Shown: in pieces, positions 35,004-44,661 of the stretch | Numbering within the stretch: the first letter of the stretch is position 1 | Layout of the letters: every line of letters begins with the position of its first letter | From: Candidatus Moraniibacteriota bacterium | GTDB lineage: Bacteria; Patescibacteriota; Minisyncoccia; Moranbacterales; UBA1568 | DNA: 64,000 nucleotides | Assembly (NCBI GenBank): GCA_963743885.1 | Contig: CAVURJ010000001.1 | Span: 140,949 to 204,948 of the forward strand | Reading direction: 5' to 3' | The notes under the pieces: generated by a model | Told to the model about the DNA's origin: nothing | Seen by the model: the letters and a program-made list of their open reading frames with translations, nothing else | Databases searched by the model: none | Translations under genes and position numbers: made by a program

Positions 35004-35519
35004 ATGGAAAGTATAAATAATGAAGGACAGGCCGCTCCGGCTCCAGAGACACCAGCCGCTGCGCCGGTCAACAAGGAGCAGATGAAGTCGGATGTGAAGG
35101 GTATGCTTGGCCAGCTTGAGGCATGGCTCGAGGGTGTGATGGTCAAGAAAGCTCCGTTTCAGATCCCGATGGGCGGCAAGAATTTCCTGGCGATGGTCGC
35201 TCCGTATCTCGTGATCATCGGCATTGTGCTCGCCATTCCGGCGACGCTCTTCGTGCTGGTAACTTCACCGATTCTCATATTGGGTGGTGGGGGCATGGCT
35301 ATTGTGAGCTTCCTGTTTTCCATTGCTGCACTCGTCATCGAGGCAATCGCGCTTCCAGGACTCTTCAAGCGCACCCAAGCGTCGTGGCGGTTGCTCTTCT
35401 ATGCGTCTGTCGTCAGTGTCCTCGGCAGCATCGTCAGCTTTCAGATCGTCAGCGCCCTTATCGGTGCTATCGTCGGCTGGTACATCATCTTCCAGGTCAA
35501 GGAAGTGTACAAGAACTGA
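35004..35519 (+). CDS. Hypothetical membrane protein (3-4 TM)
   Basis: 171-aa ORF with hydrophobic core; TATAAT at ~34872. Confidence 0.5.
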   Translation: MESINNEGQAAPAPETPAAAPVNKEQMKSDVKGMLGQLEAWLEGVMVKKAPFQIPMGGKNFLAMVAPYLVIIGIVLAIPATLFVLVTSPILILGGGGMAIVSFLFSIAALVIEAIALPGLFKRTQASWRLLFYASVVSVLGSIVSFQIVSALIGAIVGWYIIFQVKEVYKN

Positions 35520-35531
35520 CACTTTCCAAAA

Positions 35532-35622
35532 TGTCATCCCGGACTCCTGCCCGAATCGCTACGCGAAGCGTTGCGGGCGGGTGATCCGGGATCCAGAAAC
35601 GGGCCTTTAGCCCGTTTTTTGG
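35532..35622. repeat. TGTCATCCCGG-type element carrying GC-palindrome copy C, fused to a terminator hairpin
   Basis: tgtcatcccggactcctgcccgaatcgctacgcgaagcgttgcgggcgggtgatccgggatccagaaa + gggcctttagcccgtttttt. Confidence 0.6.
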
Positions 35623-35666
35623 TTTCAAATAATGCTTTGTTTAAGCAATAAACACGATAATATGCT

Positions 35667-35698
35667 TGACTTTTTTTATTTTTGGGTGTATAATGTTT
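35667..35698 (+). promoter_or_regulatory. Strong sigma70 promoter TTGACT-17-TATAAT
   Basis: gcttgactttttttatttttgggtgtataatg upstream of 35773 CDS. Confidence 0.6.
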
Positions 35699-35772
35699 AG
35701 TCAAGTAGTTTTTTGACAACCCATTCGATTTCGGCACTGCTTGTGCCATCCACTTTGTCCAAGGAGGACATT

Positions 35773-36189
35773 ATGAACGGTTCAATTCGCCGTATTTCCA
35801 CCGCTGTCATCATCGGTTTCACGTTGGTCATGATCGGCACTATCGGTCTTCCGACCAGGTCGTACGCCGCACAGGACCTCGAGACCTTGGTAGCGATCTC
35901 TGCTGTTGCCGGTGTAGAGGGTGCTTCGTGCGCCATCGAAGCCAATATCAATCGGATTGGTCGTGGCAATTATGTCGGCAGTCGCTCCATGCGCGCCGCT
36001 GACTACGATCGTTGCAAGTGGCAAGCTGAAGCTCGTCGCCAGCAAGCGTACCACCAGCAGCAAGCAGAACTGCGGCAGGCGCGGTACGAAGCCCGGCAGA
36101 ATGCTCCGCGTTGCCGGTACTATGAGCAGAATGGTCAGCAGTATCGCACGTGCACCGAAACGGTGTATGGTCAGTGGCGGCAGCGATAA
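35773..36189 (+). CDS. Small secreted Gln/Arg-rich hypothetical protein
   Basis: Signal peptide-like N-terminus; SD ccaaggagg; 138 aa. Confidence 0.5.
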   Translation: MNGSIRRISTAVIIGFTLVMIGTIGLPTRSYAAQDLETLVAISAVAGVEGASCAIEANINRIGRGNYVGSRSMRAADYDRCKWQAEARRQQAYHQQQAELRQARYEARQNAPRCRYYEQNGQQYRTCTETVYGQWRQR

Positions 36190-36376
36190 CATCACGACTC
36201 GTCGAACGATCGGTCGGTTTCAAAGAAGATAACTCTTCTGCGAGACCGGCCGCTTTTCTTTTTCCGAAACTTCTTTTGCGGTATACTTGTATGTGTCATC
36301 CTGAGCTCGTTGGGGGATGACAAAAAAAGTTGTATCTTTTCTATACCCTATTCCCTAAACCCTAATCCCTACAAAA

Positions 36377-37807
36377 ATGAAGCAGACAAAAATCGTCGCG
36401 ACTATCGGGCCGGCATCGGAATCGAAGGAGATGCTCAGGAAGCTCGTCGAGGCCGGCATGAACGTCGTGCGGCTCAATTTTTCCCATGGCGAGCATGCGT
36501 GGCACAAGGAAGTGATCAACCGCGTGCGCGAATTGTCGCATGAGATGGGCTTGCCGATTGGTATCTTGGCCGACCTCCAGGGTCCGCGTATCCGTACCGA
36601 GGTGAAGGAAGCGTTCGACGTGAAGAAGGGCGATAAGATACGCGTGAGCGATATCTTTGAGAAGGACCGGTTGCCGTCTGATGAGAGCTTGCCGACGATT
36701 CTTCTCGATATGTCCGGCATCTCCCGCGGCCTCGAGCCGGGGCACGCTATCCTTATCGAGGACGGCCTCATCGAGCTCACGACCGTGGAGCGCAAGGAGA
36801 ACTATGTCATCGCCGAGGCCAAGAACGACGGCACGATCAAGGGCCGCAAGGGTGTGATCCTGCCGGACTCCAAGCTTGATCTGGCTATCCTTTCGGAGAA
36901 GGACCGCAAGGATCTACGCTTCGTGCTTGAGGAGGGTGTCGACTTTGTCGGCCTCTCGTTCGTTGGTTCCGTGGATGATATCAAGGATGCCCGGGCGGAG
37001 ATGCGTTCGGTGCTCGGCGAGGATGCTCGGCTGCCGCAGATCGTCTCAAAGATTGAGCGCAAGGAAGCAATCAAGAACCTTGAGTCCCTCGTGAAGGAAA
37101 GCGATGCTGTGATGGTGGCGCGCGGCGATCTCGGTATCGAGATGCCGGAGAGCGAAGTGGCCATCCTGCAGAAGCGCATCATCGCGGAGAGTCTGCGCTC
37201 GGCCAAGCCGGTGATCGTGGCGACGCAGATGATGAAGAGTATGATGGATAATCCGCGCCCGACCCGCGCCGAGGTTAGCGATGTCTCGAATGCGGTCATC
37301 GACCATGCCGATGCCGTGATGCTCTCAGAAGAGTCTGCGATGGGCAAGTATCCGGTGGAGACGGTCGCTATGATGGCGGAGATTATCGGCAAGACGGAAG
37401 AGTCCCCATTCGATGACCTCTACAAGGCGCTCGACCTCAATTTCAGCAATGACTACGCCACGATGATCCGGAGCGTCTACGAGCTCGCGCAGAGCTTCGG
37501 TACCAAGGCGATCCTCCTCCTCTCGATGAGCGGGCTGACCGCACGGCTCATCTCGCATTTCCGTCCGGAGAGCAAGATCCTCGTCGCGACCAATAGTCGG
37601 GAGACCTGGAACGGGCTCGCGCTCGTCTGGGGCGTCGTGCCGTACCTCTATGAGGATGACAAAAATCTCGAGGGTTTCATCGGTCGGATGATCGATGATG
37701 CCAAGAAGGGTGGTCGGCTCGCTGCGGGGGAGAAAGCGGTTGTCTTCCATGGCCGCACTCCGGACCATGATACCTTGAAGCTTGTCGGAATCCGGGAAAT
37801 CAGGTAG
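36377..37807 (+). CDS. pyk: Pyruvate kinase
   Basis: MKQTKIVATIGPASESKEMLRKLVEAGMNVVRLNFSHG. Confidence 0.92.
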   Translation: MKQTKIVATIGPASESKEMLRKLVEAGMNVVRLNFSHGEHAWHKEVINRVRELSHEMGLPIGILADLQGPRIRTEVKEAFDVKKGDKIRVSDIFEKDRLPSDESLPTILLDMSGISRGLEPGHAILIEDGLIELTTVERKENYVIAEAKNDGTIKGRKGVILPDSKLDLAILSEKDRKDLRFVLEEGVDFVGLSFVGSVDDIKDARAEMRSVLGEDARLPQIVSKIERKEAIKNLESLVKESDAVMVARGDLGIEMPESEVAILQKRIIAESLRSAKPVIVATQMMKSMMDNPRPTRAEVSDVSNAVIDHADAVMLSEESAMGKYPVETVAMMAEIIGKTEESPFDDLYKALDLNFSNDYATMIRSVYELAQSFGTKAILLLSMSGLTARLISHFRPESKILVATNSRETWNGLALVWGVVPYLYEDDKNLEGFIGRMIDDAKKGGRLAAGEKAVVFHGRTPDHDTLKLVGIREIR

Positions 37808-38048
37808 AATCATTTCTCAGTGAACAGCTAGCAGTTAACGGGGATAAGGAATTTCCTGATTCGTTTCTTGTTGATTGCTGATTGTTGACTGATAAAGGAA
37901 AGGTGGCCCCAGCCCAAGGCTGGTCCGCCTCGGGCGGAGAGTCCCGCCAGGGGCGGGCAGGGGTTTAAGGCAAGCGTAGGGAGAAACTTTACCTGTCGGC
38001 GGCAGGCCTACCGAGGAGATGTAAAAACAATTGATTTCTGGTCAGAGC

Positions 38049-38135
38049 GGAAAGGTGGCCGAGTGGTTGAAGGTACTTGCTTGGAAAGCAAGCGTAGGGG
38101 AAACCCTACCGAGGGTTCGAATCCCTCCCTTTCCG
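38049..38135 (+). tRNA. tRNA-Ser (anticodon GGA), long variable arm, no encoded CCA
   Basis: GGAAAGG/CCTTTCC acceptor, GCCGAGTGGTTGAAGG D-arm, anticodon loop ttGGAaa, GAGGGTTCGAATCCCTC T-arm. Confidence 0.85.
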
Positions 38136-38171
38136 CTCTGTTCAGAAAATTTTCAAAAAACCTTGCTTTCT

Positions 38172-38618
38172 ATGGCGAGGTTTTTGGTTTATAGTGAGGG
38201 GAAAGAGAGGTTAATATTGGTTTTTAGAAAAAAGAAATTATCAAGGATGTCTATTAAATTTGATAAATTAAGAAAGGACTGGAAGGAGGCTGGATATACC
38301 GGGTACTTGATGCTTCCGATTAAAATAGATGATAATCAGGAAGAAATTAGAAAAGAGATGCTGAACGTTTCACTGGGCTTAGGCGATTACCATAAATTTA
38401 TGGATTTCTATCAGAAAAGCGGAAAGCAAAGAGTGGGCGAGTATCTGAATCGGATATGTAGAGATGCAGTTGCTCATGGTAAGCTTTCTTCGAAAACAAT
38501 TAAGTCGCAAGAAAACTTTAAGGATTATTTTGAAATGTATTTTGCAAATCAATTCATCAAATCAGCAGCGTTTTTGGCTATAATGGAGCATCTTAATACA
38601 GAGATTACTGTTGAATAG
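38172..38618 (+). CDS. Hypothetical protein in low-GC islet adjacent to tRNA-Ser
   Basis: AT-rich ORF (~38% GC) immediately 3' of tRNA; alternative start 38247. Confidence 0.4.
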   Translation: MARFLVYSEGKERLILVFRKKKLSRMSIKFDKLRKDWKEAGYTGYLMLPIKIDDNQEEIRKEMLNVSLGLGDYHKFMDFYQKSGKQRVGEYLNRICRDAVAHGKLSSKTIKSQENFKDYFEMYFANQFIKSAAFLAIMEHLNTEITVE

Positions 38619-38641
38619 CGTTCATAATAAATTGTTTTTTT

Positions 38642-38959
38642 ATGAAAAAATATTTTTCTTTCACCTTGGCGTTTATGATTGTTGTAGGTATTACTGGGTA
38701 CTATTTGTTTTTTGCAAAACCATCCGTAGCGCCGGTAGCGGCACCTGAGGGTGTGACCAATAATGACGGCCAGCCCGCAGCAACCACTCCTGCTCAGACC
38801 GGGCTCGCCAATCCTGCGTCGGTCAATTGTGTGAAGACCAAGGGTGGGACGCTTGAGATAGTTGATATGCTGGAGGGTCAGCAGGGCATATGCCATCTGC
38901 CGGACGGCACGACGTGCGAAGAATGGGCGCTCATGCGTGGCACGTGCGGTAGCAAATAG
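38642..38959 (+). CDS. DUF333-like small secreted protein
   Basis: Signal peptide; NPASVNCVKTKGGTLEI...CHLPDGTTCEEWALMRGTCG. Confidence 0.55.
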   Translation: MKKYFSFTLAFMIVVGITGYYLFFAKPSVAPVAAPEGVTNNDGQPAATTPAQTGLANPASVNCVKTKGGTLEIVDMLEGQQGICHLPDGTTCEEWALMRGTCGSK

Positions 38960-38973
38960 TTTTTACAGAAGAT

Positions 38974-39975
38974 ATGCACCTACGCTTCCTTTTCCTGCTG
39001 ATGATAATCGTGGCCTTGGCCGGATTTTTTTTCGCGTTTCGCCACATGCATCGGGTGGCCGCGAATGAGGACTCTTCTTCTATTGTTGCTCATAGTAGTA
39101 GTCAGGTCACTCCGACTCAGGCGATCAAACCCGTAATCGCTCCGGGTGAACATAGGATCGACATGCCGGATGGGCGGAAATACATCCTCTTCGTACCTCG
39201 GACCTACGATCCATCTCTGCCGGCACCGCTCGTGCTCTTTTTCCATGGTGGTATGGGAGATATGGAACAGGCGGCTGCCGAGTATGGCTGGGAAGAAAAA
39301 GCGGAACAGGCAGGATTCATCCTGGCCTTTCCCAATGGCTCGAGCCCGCTGCCGCGTCAGCATCTCGCGACGTGGAATGCGGGCAATTGCTGCGGGTATG
39401 CCATGGATAAGGCTATCGATGATGTCGCTTTTGCCCGGTCGGTCGTGAAGGATATACAGGAGCGCGCGAATATCGATGCCGGAAAGGTCTATGCAGCCGG
39501 GATGTCGAACGGCGGAATGATGGTGCATCGGCTGGCGTGCGAGATGGCGGATACATTCCGTGCGGTGGCATCGGTCGCGGGAACCGATAATACGATAGCC
39601 TGTTCTCCGTCGAAACCGATATCGGTCATGCATATCCATGCGAAGGATGATACGCACGTGCTCTTCAATGGTGGGGCCGGCAAGGATGCTTTCAGGGACA
39701 ATACGAAGGTGACTGATTTCACATCGGTCGCTGAGACGGCGGATCGCTGGATCAGGCGTGATCGTCTCAATCCGAGCCCGAAGAGGGTACTCGAGGTGCC
39801 TGGCGCCTATGCCGATCTCTATATTTCCTCTCAGAATGAGTCGCGCTTCGAACTAGTCGTGACGGAAACGGGCGGGCATTCTTGGCCCGGGAAGAAGACA
39901 GTCAATGGCAAGTCTTCATCCCAGGCTGTTGTCGCGAACGATTTCATCTGGGATTTTTTCGTGTCTGCGAAGTGA
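38974..39975 (+). CDS. Secreted alpha/beta-hydrolase esterase (PHB-depolymerase/LpqC-like)
   Basis: Signal anchor; HGGMGDMEQ and GMSNGGMMVHRLA (GxSxG) motifs. Confidence 0.55.
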   Translation: MHLRFLFLLMIIVALAGFFFAFRHMHRVAANEDSSSIVAHSSSQVTPTQAIKPVIAPGEHRIDMPDGRKYILFVPRTYDPSLPAPLVLFFHGGMGDMEQAAAEYGWEEKAEQAGFILAFPNGSSPLPRQHLATWNAGNCCGYAMDKAIDDVAFARSVVKDIQERANIDAGKVYAAGMSNGGMMVHRLACEMADTFRAVASVAGTDNTIACSPSKPISVMHIHAKDDTHVLFNGGAGKDAFRDNTKVTDFTSVAETADRWIRRDRLNPSPKRVLEVPGAYADLYISSQNESRFELVVTETGGHSWPGKKTVNGKSSSQAVVANDFIWDFFVSAK

Positions 39976-40239
39976 GTGACAGGAACATGGGGTTGAATAC
40001 CCCACGGCTTACTTGCCTCGATTCGAGTCGAAGCGGGCCCGCCTAGTTGTCGAGGCCGGCCGCGGTAAATACCCGTTATTTCGTCTTTTCGATAGCCATC
40101 GCTATATGTGTTATTGATACCCGCTTAGCGCGGTTATTTGTCTAAAATTACGCATTTGTCTGTTGAAACGCGTATTGGGCCATTTTTTATAGTATGGTAG
40201 ACTAGGAAGGCAATAAAGCCATTAATTAGACAAGTTCGT

Positions 40240-40935
40240 ATGGAAATCATAGAAGAGGGGACATTGAAGGAAGCAGTGACAGAAAGTAAAGCGGAGGCTG
40301 TGGTTGAGGAGAAGTCGAAGTGGTCGAGGTTTCCGATGCCCAATCTCAAGCGGAAGACGTTGATTGTCATTGCTCTTATCGTGGCAGTCGTTGCCGGGGC
40401 GTCGTACGTCGCGTACGCGAAGCGTGGCTGGTTCGTAGCGGCGACAGTGAACGGCGGATCAATCAGTCGTCTCGCGGTCATAAAGGATCTTGAGAAACAG
40501 GCTGGCAAGCAGGCGCTCGATGCGCTCATCACCAAGAAGCTGATTATCGATGAAGTGAAGAAGCTTGGAATATCTGTGAAGACCGAGGATGTCGATGCTG
40601 AGATAAAGAAGGCTGGGGAGCAGGTGTCGGCGCAGGGCGGTACACTTGAGGAAGTGCTCGCGCAGCAGGGCATGACGGAGGCCGATCTTCGTGAACAGAT
40701 CATGATTAAGAAAGAGCTTGAGCAGATCCTAGCTGACAAGGTTTCGGTGAGCGATGCAGATGTCGATCAGTACATCAAGGACAACAAGATGGTGCCGGCC
40801 AAGGGTGCGGTCTCGGAAACGCTCAAGGCCCAGGTCCGCGAACAGCTCCAGTCTCAGCAGTTCAATGCCGCGGCACAGGGGTATATCGCTGATCTTCGGG
40901 CGCAGGCATTGATCGTCAAGTACGTCGAGTACTAG
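40240..40935 (+). CDS. SurA N-terminal-domain-like periplasmic chaperone-like protein
   Basis: TM anchor then helical domain resembling SurA_N/PpiD N-terminal region; no PPIase domain evident. Confidence 0.45.
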   Translation: MEIIEEGTLKEAVTESKAEAVVEEKSKWSRFPMPNLKRKTLIVIALIVAVVAGASYVAYAKRGWFVAATVNGGSISRLAVIKDLEKQAGKQALDALITKKLIIDEVKKLGISVKTEDVDAEIKKAGEQVSAQGGTLEEVLAQQGMTEADLREQIMIKKELEQILADKVSVSDADVDQYIKDNKMVPAKGAVSETLKAQVREQLQSQQFNAAAQGYIADLRAQALIVKYVEY

Positions 40936-41141
40936 CATCAAGGTGTACCGAGGAGGATTTTTCGGAAATACCAACAAAAACCAGCTTCGAAGGCTCGAGG
41001 CTGGTTTTTTTGCACGCAAAATCTGGAGCCGAAGTATCTTTTGGGGCCGTATCGTGGTAGGATGCCTTACTTGGGAAGACGGAGAGGCCTTTGAAAACAC
41101 CGGAAGATAAAGAGCGATTCTTGCATAATATAGAGCGGAGT

Positions 41142-42687
41142 ATGGCGAAGAATCATCACGCCGCATCCGAATGGCATATCGCGCACATCGCGTCAGAAGT
41201 GGATCCGTTTTCGAAAACGGGCGGACTGGCGAGCGTGCTCGGTTCTTTGCCGCGTGCGCAGCAGGTGCTCGGGACGGATACGATCATCATCACGCCGTAT
41301 TATGGTAAACATATCGATGCCGAGGCGTATGGGCTCGAGAGCATCGGTAAGTCGGAGAGGATAGAGGTGGAGCCAGGAGTCTTCGAGCGAGTCGCTTTCC
41401 GCAAAGGATTTCTCGGGGACGAGAAGATTCCAGTGTATTTTATAGAGAACAAAAAGTTTTTCGGATCACGCAAGAAATTTTACGGAGCGGACAATGATAA
41501 CGCGCGGTTTCTCTTTTTTGATAGGGCCGCGCTTTTTCTTTTGAAAAAGATCGATTTTAGGCCAACGGTCATTCACTGTCATGATTGGCATGCTGGTCTC
41601 GTGCCTTTTCTCCTCAAGACCCGGTATGCGGAGGATTCATTTTTCGAGCAAGACAGCGACGCTCTTTACGATTCACAATCTGTCTTTCCAGCTCGGTCAT
41701 GATTGGCGCGATATTCCGGAGAGAGAACATGATGACGGATATTCCGAGTTGCCTCTGGTTTCGGATACACGAAGGATAGAGCGGCTCAACTTTGCGAAGC
41801 GAGCCATCCTTTTCGCCGACGCCATCAATACCGTCTCGGAGACGTATCGTGAGGAGATACTGACCAAAGCTTTCGGGGAGGAATTGCATCGCCTACTCAA
41901 GGAGCGCAAACGCAGCGTTTTCGGTATCGTCAACGGCATTGATTATCATGATTTCAATCCACTCACGGACCCAGGTCTCGTGCGGCACTACAGCAATCGG
42001 TCCGTTCAGCTCCGCAAGTACAACAGGAAAGCGCTGCAGAGGCGCTATGGGTTGGCCGAGGATGCGTATGCTCCGATCCTTTGTACGACGTCTCGTATTA
42101 GCGAGCAGAAGGGGTTCAAACTCATACTGCAGGTCATCCGTCCGGTGCTCGAGCGGGGCGCACAGTTCATCATCATGGGCGACGGCGATGGGCAGACCAT
42201 CCGCGCACTTCAGGTGCTCGAGCGGGAGTTTCCTGGGCAGTTTGTCTATACGCCTTTTGATCACGAGCAAGAGACGCTGCTGTATGCCGGAGCGGAGATA
42301 TTCCTCCTGCCTTCGCGTTTCGAGCCGTGCGGCATCAACCAGATGATTGCGCTTCGTTATGGCTGCATCCCTATCGTCCGTCATATCGGCGGCCTGGCGG
42401 ATACTATCGAGGACTACGATCCTCGGACCAAGACTGGCAACGGATTTGTCTTCAAACAATACGACTCGACGAGTCTGTTTATCGCTATCATCCGGGCGCT
42501 CGAAAATTTCAAGCATGCGCGTGCCTGGCGTGATCTGTGCGTTATGGGTCTTAATGAGGCACATTCATGGAAGATACCGGCTCAGAAATATATCGACCTC
42601 TACGGCGTGACGCTTCGCCTCAAGCAGCGTCATGGGCGTGAGTGGTCGAGGCGCTCTGTCGCATCGCAGCATCCATCACCCGTATGA
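41142..42687 (+). pseudogene. glgA: Glycogen synthase GlgA interrupted by a frameshift in a T5 run (41640-41644)
   Basis: ORF1 ...EVDPFSKTGGLASVLGSLP...HCHDWHAGLVPFLLK; ORF2 (+1 frame) KTATLFTIHNL... through C-terminus; removing one T joins LK..SSKTATLFTIHNL. Confidence 0.6.
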
Positions 42688-43847
42688 TCACCTGGATCAA
42701 TTTTTTGCATTTGTATCAGCCGCCGACCCAGACGAGGGGGTCGGTGGATCGGATTGTCCGTGAGTCCTATGCTCTCATCCCGGAGCTTCTCAAGCGGTAT
42801 TCGAAGCTCCGGCTCACGCTCAATATCTCAGGGTCGCTTCTCGAGCTTCTTGAAGACTACGGGTATCAGTCTTTGCTCGTGGAGTATCGCGAGCTTGCGG
42901 TAGCTGGGAGGATCGAGTTCGTCGGCAGTGCTATGTATCATCCGATCCTCGCGCTGCTTCCCGAGGCGGAGGTGCGTCGGCAGATGGCGCTTCATACAGA
43001 GATCAGTCAGAGAATCTTCGGTTCGGTGTATCAGCCGAAGGGATTTTTCATTCCCGAGATGGCCTATGGCCGGGCAGTGGCGGATACCGTACGATCTCTC
43101 GGCTTCCAGTGGATCATATTGGATGACGTACATTTCCCATCAGGAAAGCCGGATCCATCCATCCACTACCAGATCGGCGATAGCGGATTGACCGCGCTCT
43201 TTCGGAATCGCGCCCTCTCGAAGACGTTCCCGCCGGAATATGTTTATGAGCACCGTCGAGACTTGGATGGCCAGATAGTCATCACGGCCCACGATGGTGA
43301 GCTCTACGGACATTGGCATTCGGATGATCGCGGATATTATGAGCGGGCCTTTGCTCATCCGGATATCGCATTCCTCACAGTATCGGAATACCTTGGTATG
43401 CTTGGGAAGACGGAAAGCATCGAGCCGCGGCATGCGAGCTGGGAGTCGAGCGAGGAAGAGATTGCTCAGCATGAGCCGTATGCGCTCTGGGATGCTCGTG
43501 GCAATGCAATCCATCGGGAGCTTTGGCAGTTTGTTCGCTATGTGCTCGATGCTGTGAACGCTCGTGCGGAGGATGACAATTTTGTATCGGCGCGCCGGCA
43601 TGCGGATCGCGGGCTGGCTAGCTGTGCATGGTGGTGGGCGACGGGCGCGAAGCTTGGAGCGTTCGGACCGGTCTCTTGGAATCCGACTGAGATAGAGAAG
43701 GGGGCTCGGGAGCTGCTTTTGTCGCTTCGTTCAATCGAGGTGATGCCTCTTGAAACAAGATTGGCAGCGGAAGCGATGTACGCGCGGCTCAGCCGGCGGA
43801 TCTGGGAGACGCATTGGAAAACAGGGGCCTCCGTATCTTCTCCATAG
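42684..43847 (+). CDS. GH57-like glycoside hydrolase (glycogen metabolism)
   Basis: MITWINFLHLYQPP N-terminus and AHDGELYGHWH motif; ATGA overlap with glgA stop. Confidence 0.5.
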   Translation: MITWINFLHLYQPPTQTRGSVDRIVRESYALIPELLKRYSKLRLTLNISGSLLELLEDYGYQSLLVEYRELAVAGRIEFVGSAMYHPILALLPEAEVRRQMALHTEISQRIFGSVYQPKGFFIPEMAYGRAVADTVRSLGFQWIILDDVHFPSGKPDPSIHYQIGDSGLTALFRNRALSKTFPPEYVYEHRRDLDGQIVITAHDGELYGHWHSDDRGYYERAFAHPDIAFLTVSEYLGMLGKTESIEPRHASWESSEEEIAQHEPYALWDARGNAIHRELWQFVRYVLDAVNARAEDDNFVSARRHADRGLASCAWWWATGAKLGAFGPVSWNPTEIEKGARELLLSLRSIEVMPLETRLAAEAMYARLSRRIWETHWKTGASVSSP

Positions 43848-43860
43848 AGCTGGCTTTTTG

Positions 43861-44070
43861 TGATAAACTGTTTTAGTAACTGTTCAGTCTCTCATCGCCT
43901 GTATAAAAACAAAAAAGTTGCTTGTCTGATAAACTGTTTGGATTTCGGCTGGAAACCCCTCAAAGCTCGTCGGGTTATCTCGATAGCCCTTCTCACTTTT
44001 CACGGTTTCTATCACGAAATCCAAACAGTTTCTCAAGACATGAGATACTGAACAGTTACTTGGAAACAAA
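43861..44070. repeat. ~200-bp AT-rich nested imperfect palindrome
   Basis: Outer arms agtaactgttcagtctctcat (43875-43895) / atgagatactgaacagttact (44040-44060); inner arms tgataaactgtttggatttc (43927-43946) / gaaatccaaacagtttctca (44016-44035); direct repeat tgataaactgttt at 43861 and 43927. Confidence 0.65.
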
Positions 44071-44080
44071 AAGGAAACGT

Positions 44081-44164
44081 ATGAAATACATTATCATTAC
44101 TCTAGCGCTCGCGATTGTTGGGAGCATCACTGGTTATGGGTATTTCCTGTTGACCGAGTGGTAG
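44081..44164 (+). CDS. Candidate 27-aa hydrophobic peptide ORF upstream of mscL
   Basis: SD aaaaaggaaacgt; MKYIIITLALAIVGSITGYGYFLLTEW. Confidence 0.25.
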   Translation: MKYIIITLALAIVGSITGYGYFLLTEW

Positions 44165-44203
44165 AGGTGGTATACTAGAAAGCGTAAGAGTAGTTTTTAT
44201 CCT

Positions 44204-44518
44204 ATGAAAAAGCATATTACGGGGTTTTTGGAGTTTGTGAGGAAGCAGGGCGTGGTCGGCCTCGCGGTCGGCTTTCTGCTTGGTGGTGCGGTGTCAAAGG
44301 TAGTGACAGCGCTCGTGACCGATATCATCAACCCGCTCGTCGGGATGGTGCTCGGTTCGGCGGAGGGTCTCAAGGCTGCCAGCTGGACCGTCGGCGATGC
44401 GACCATCATGTGGGGTGATTTCGCGGCCGTTTTGGTTGACTTCATCATCATCGCTGCCGTGGTGTATTTCGGTGTGAAAGGTCTGGGTCTGGATAAGCTG
44501 GATAAGGCCAAAGATTAA
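44204..44518 (+). CDS. mscL: Large-conductance mechanosensitive channel MscL
   Basis: GFLEFVRKQGVVGLAVGFLLGGA...IINPLVG. Confidence 0.9.
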   Translation: MKKHITGFLEFVRKQGVVGLAVGFLLGGAVSKVVTALVTDIINPLVGMVLGSAEGLKAASWTVGDATIMWGDFAAVLVDFIIIAAVVYFGVKGLGLDKLDKAKD

Positions 44519-44577
44519 GGGGAAGGATAAGTGATGTAGGATAAGAGATAAAAGATAGGGGACTGAAGCGATAGGAG

Positions 44578-44612
44578 AGAGCCCCGCACTTTCAGAAAGT
44601 GCGGGGTTTTGA
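44578..44612 (+). terminator. Rho-independent terminator after mscL
   Basis: agccccgcacttt-cag-aaagtgcggggtttt. Confidence 0.75.
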
Positions 44613-44661
44613 TTGTCTGTCTTCGGCGGGGTATACTATGGAGGTCTCATCTGTTAATGAT

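Noticed and set aside
38031-38171. N-terminal extension of ORF 38031-38618
   Set aside because: It runs straight through the tRNA-Ser gene (38049-38135). The real CDS, if any, starts at 38172 or later.
40134-40739. 201-aa minus-strand ORF rich in Ser/Ala/Cys
   Set aside because: Antisense to the SurA_N-like gene (40240-40935). Low-complexity translation.
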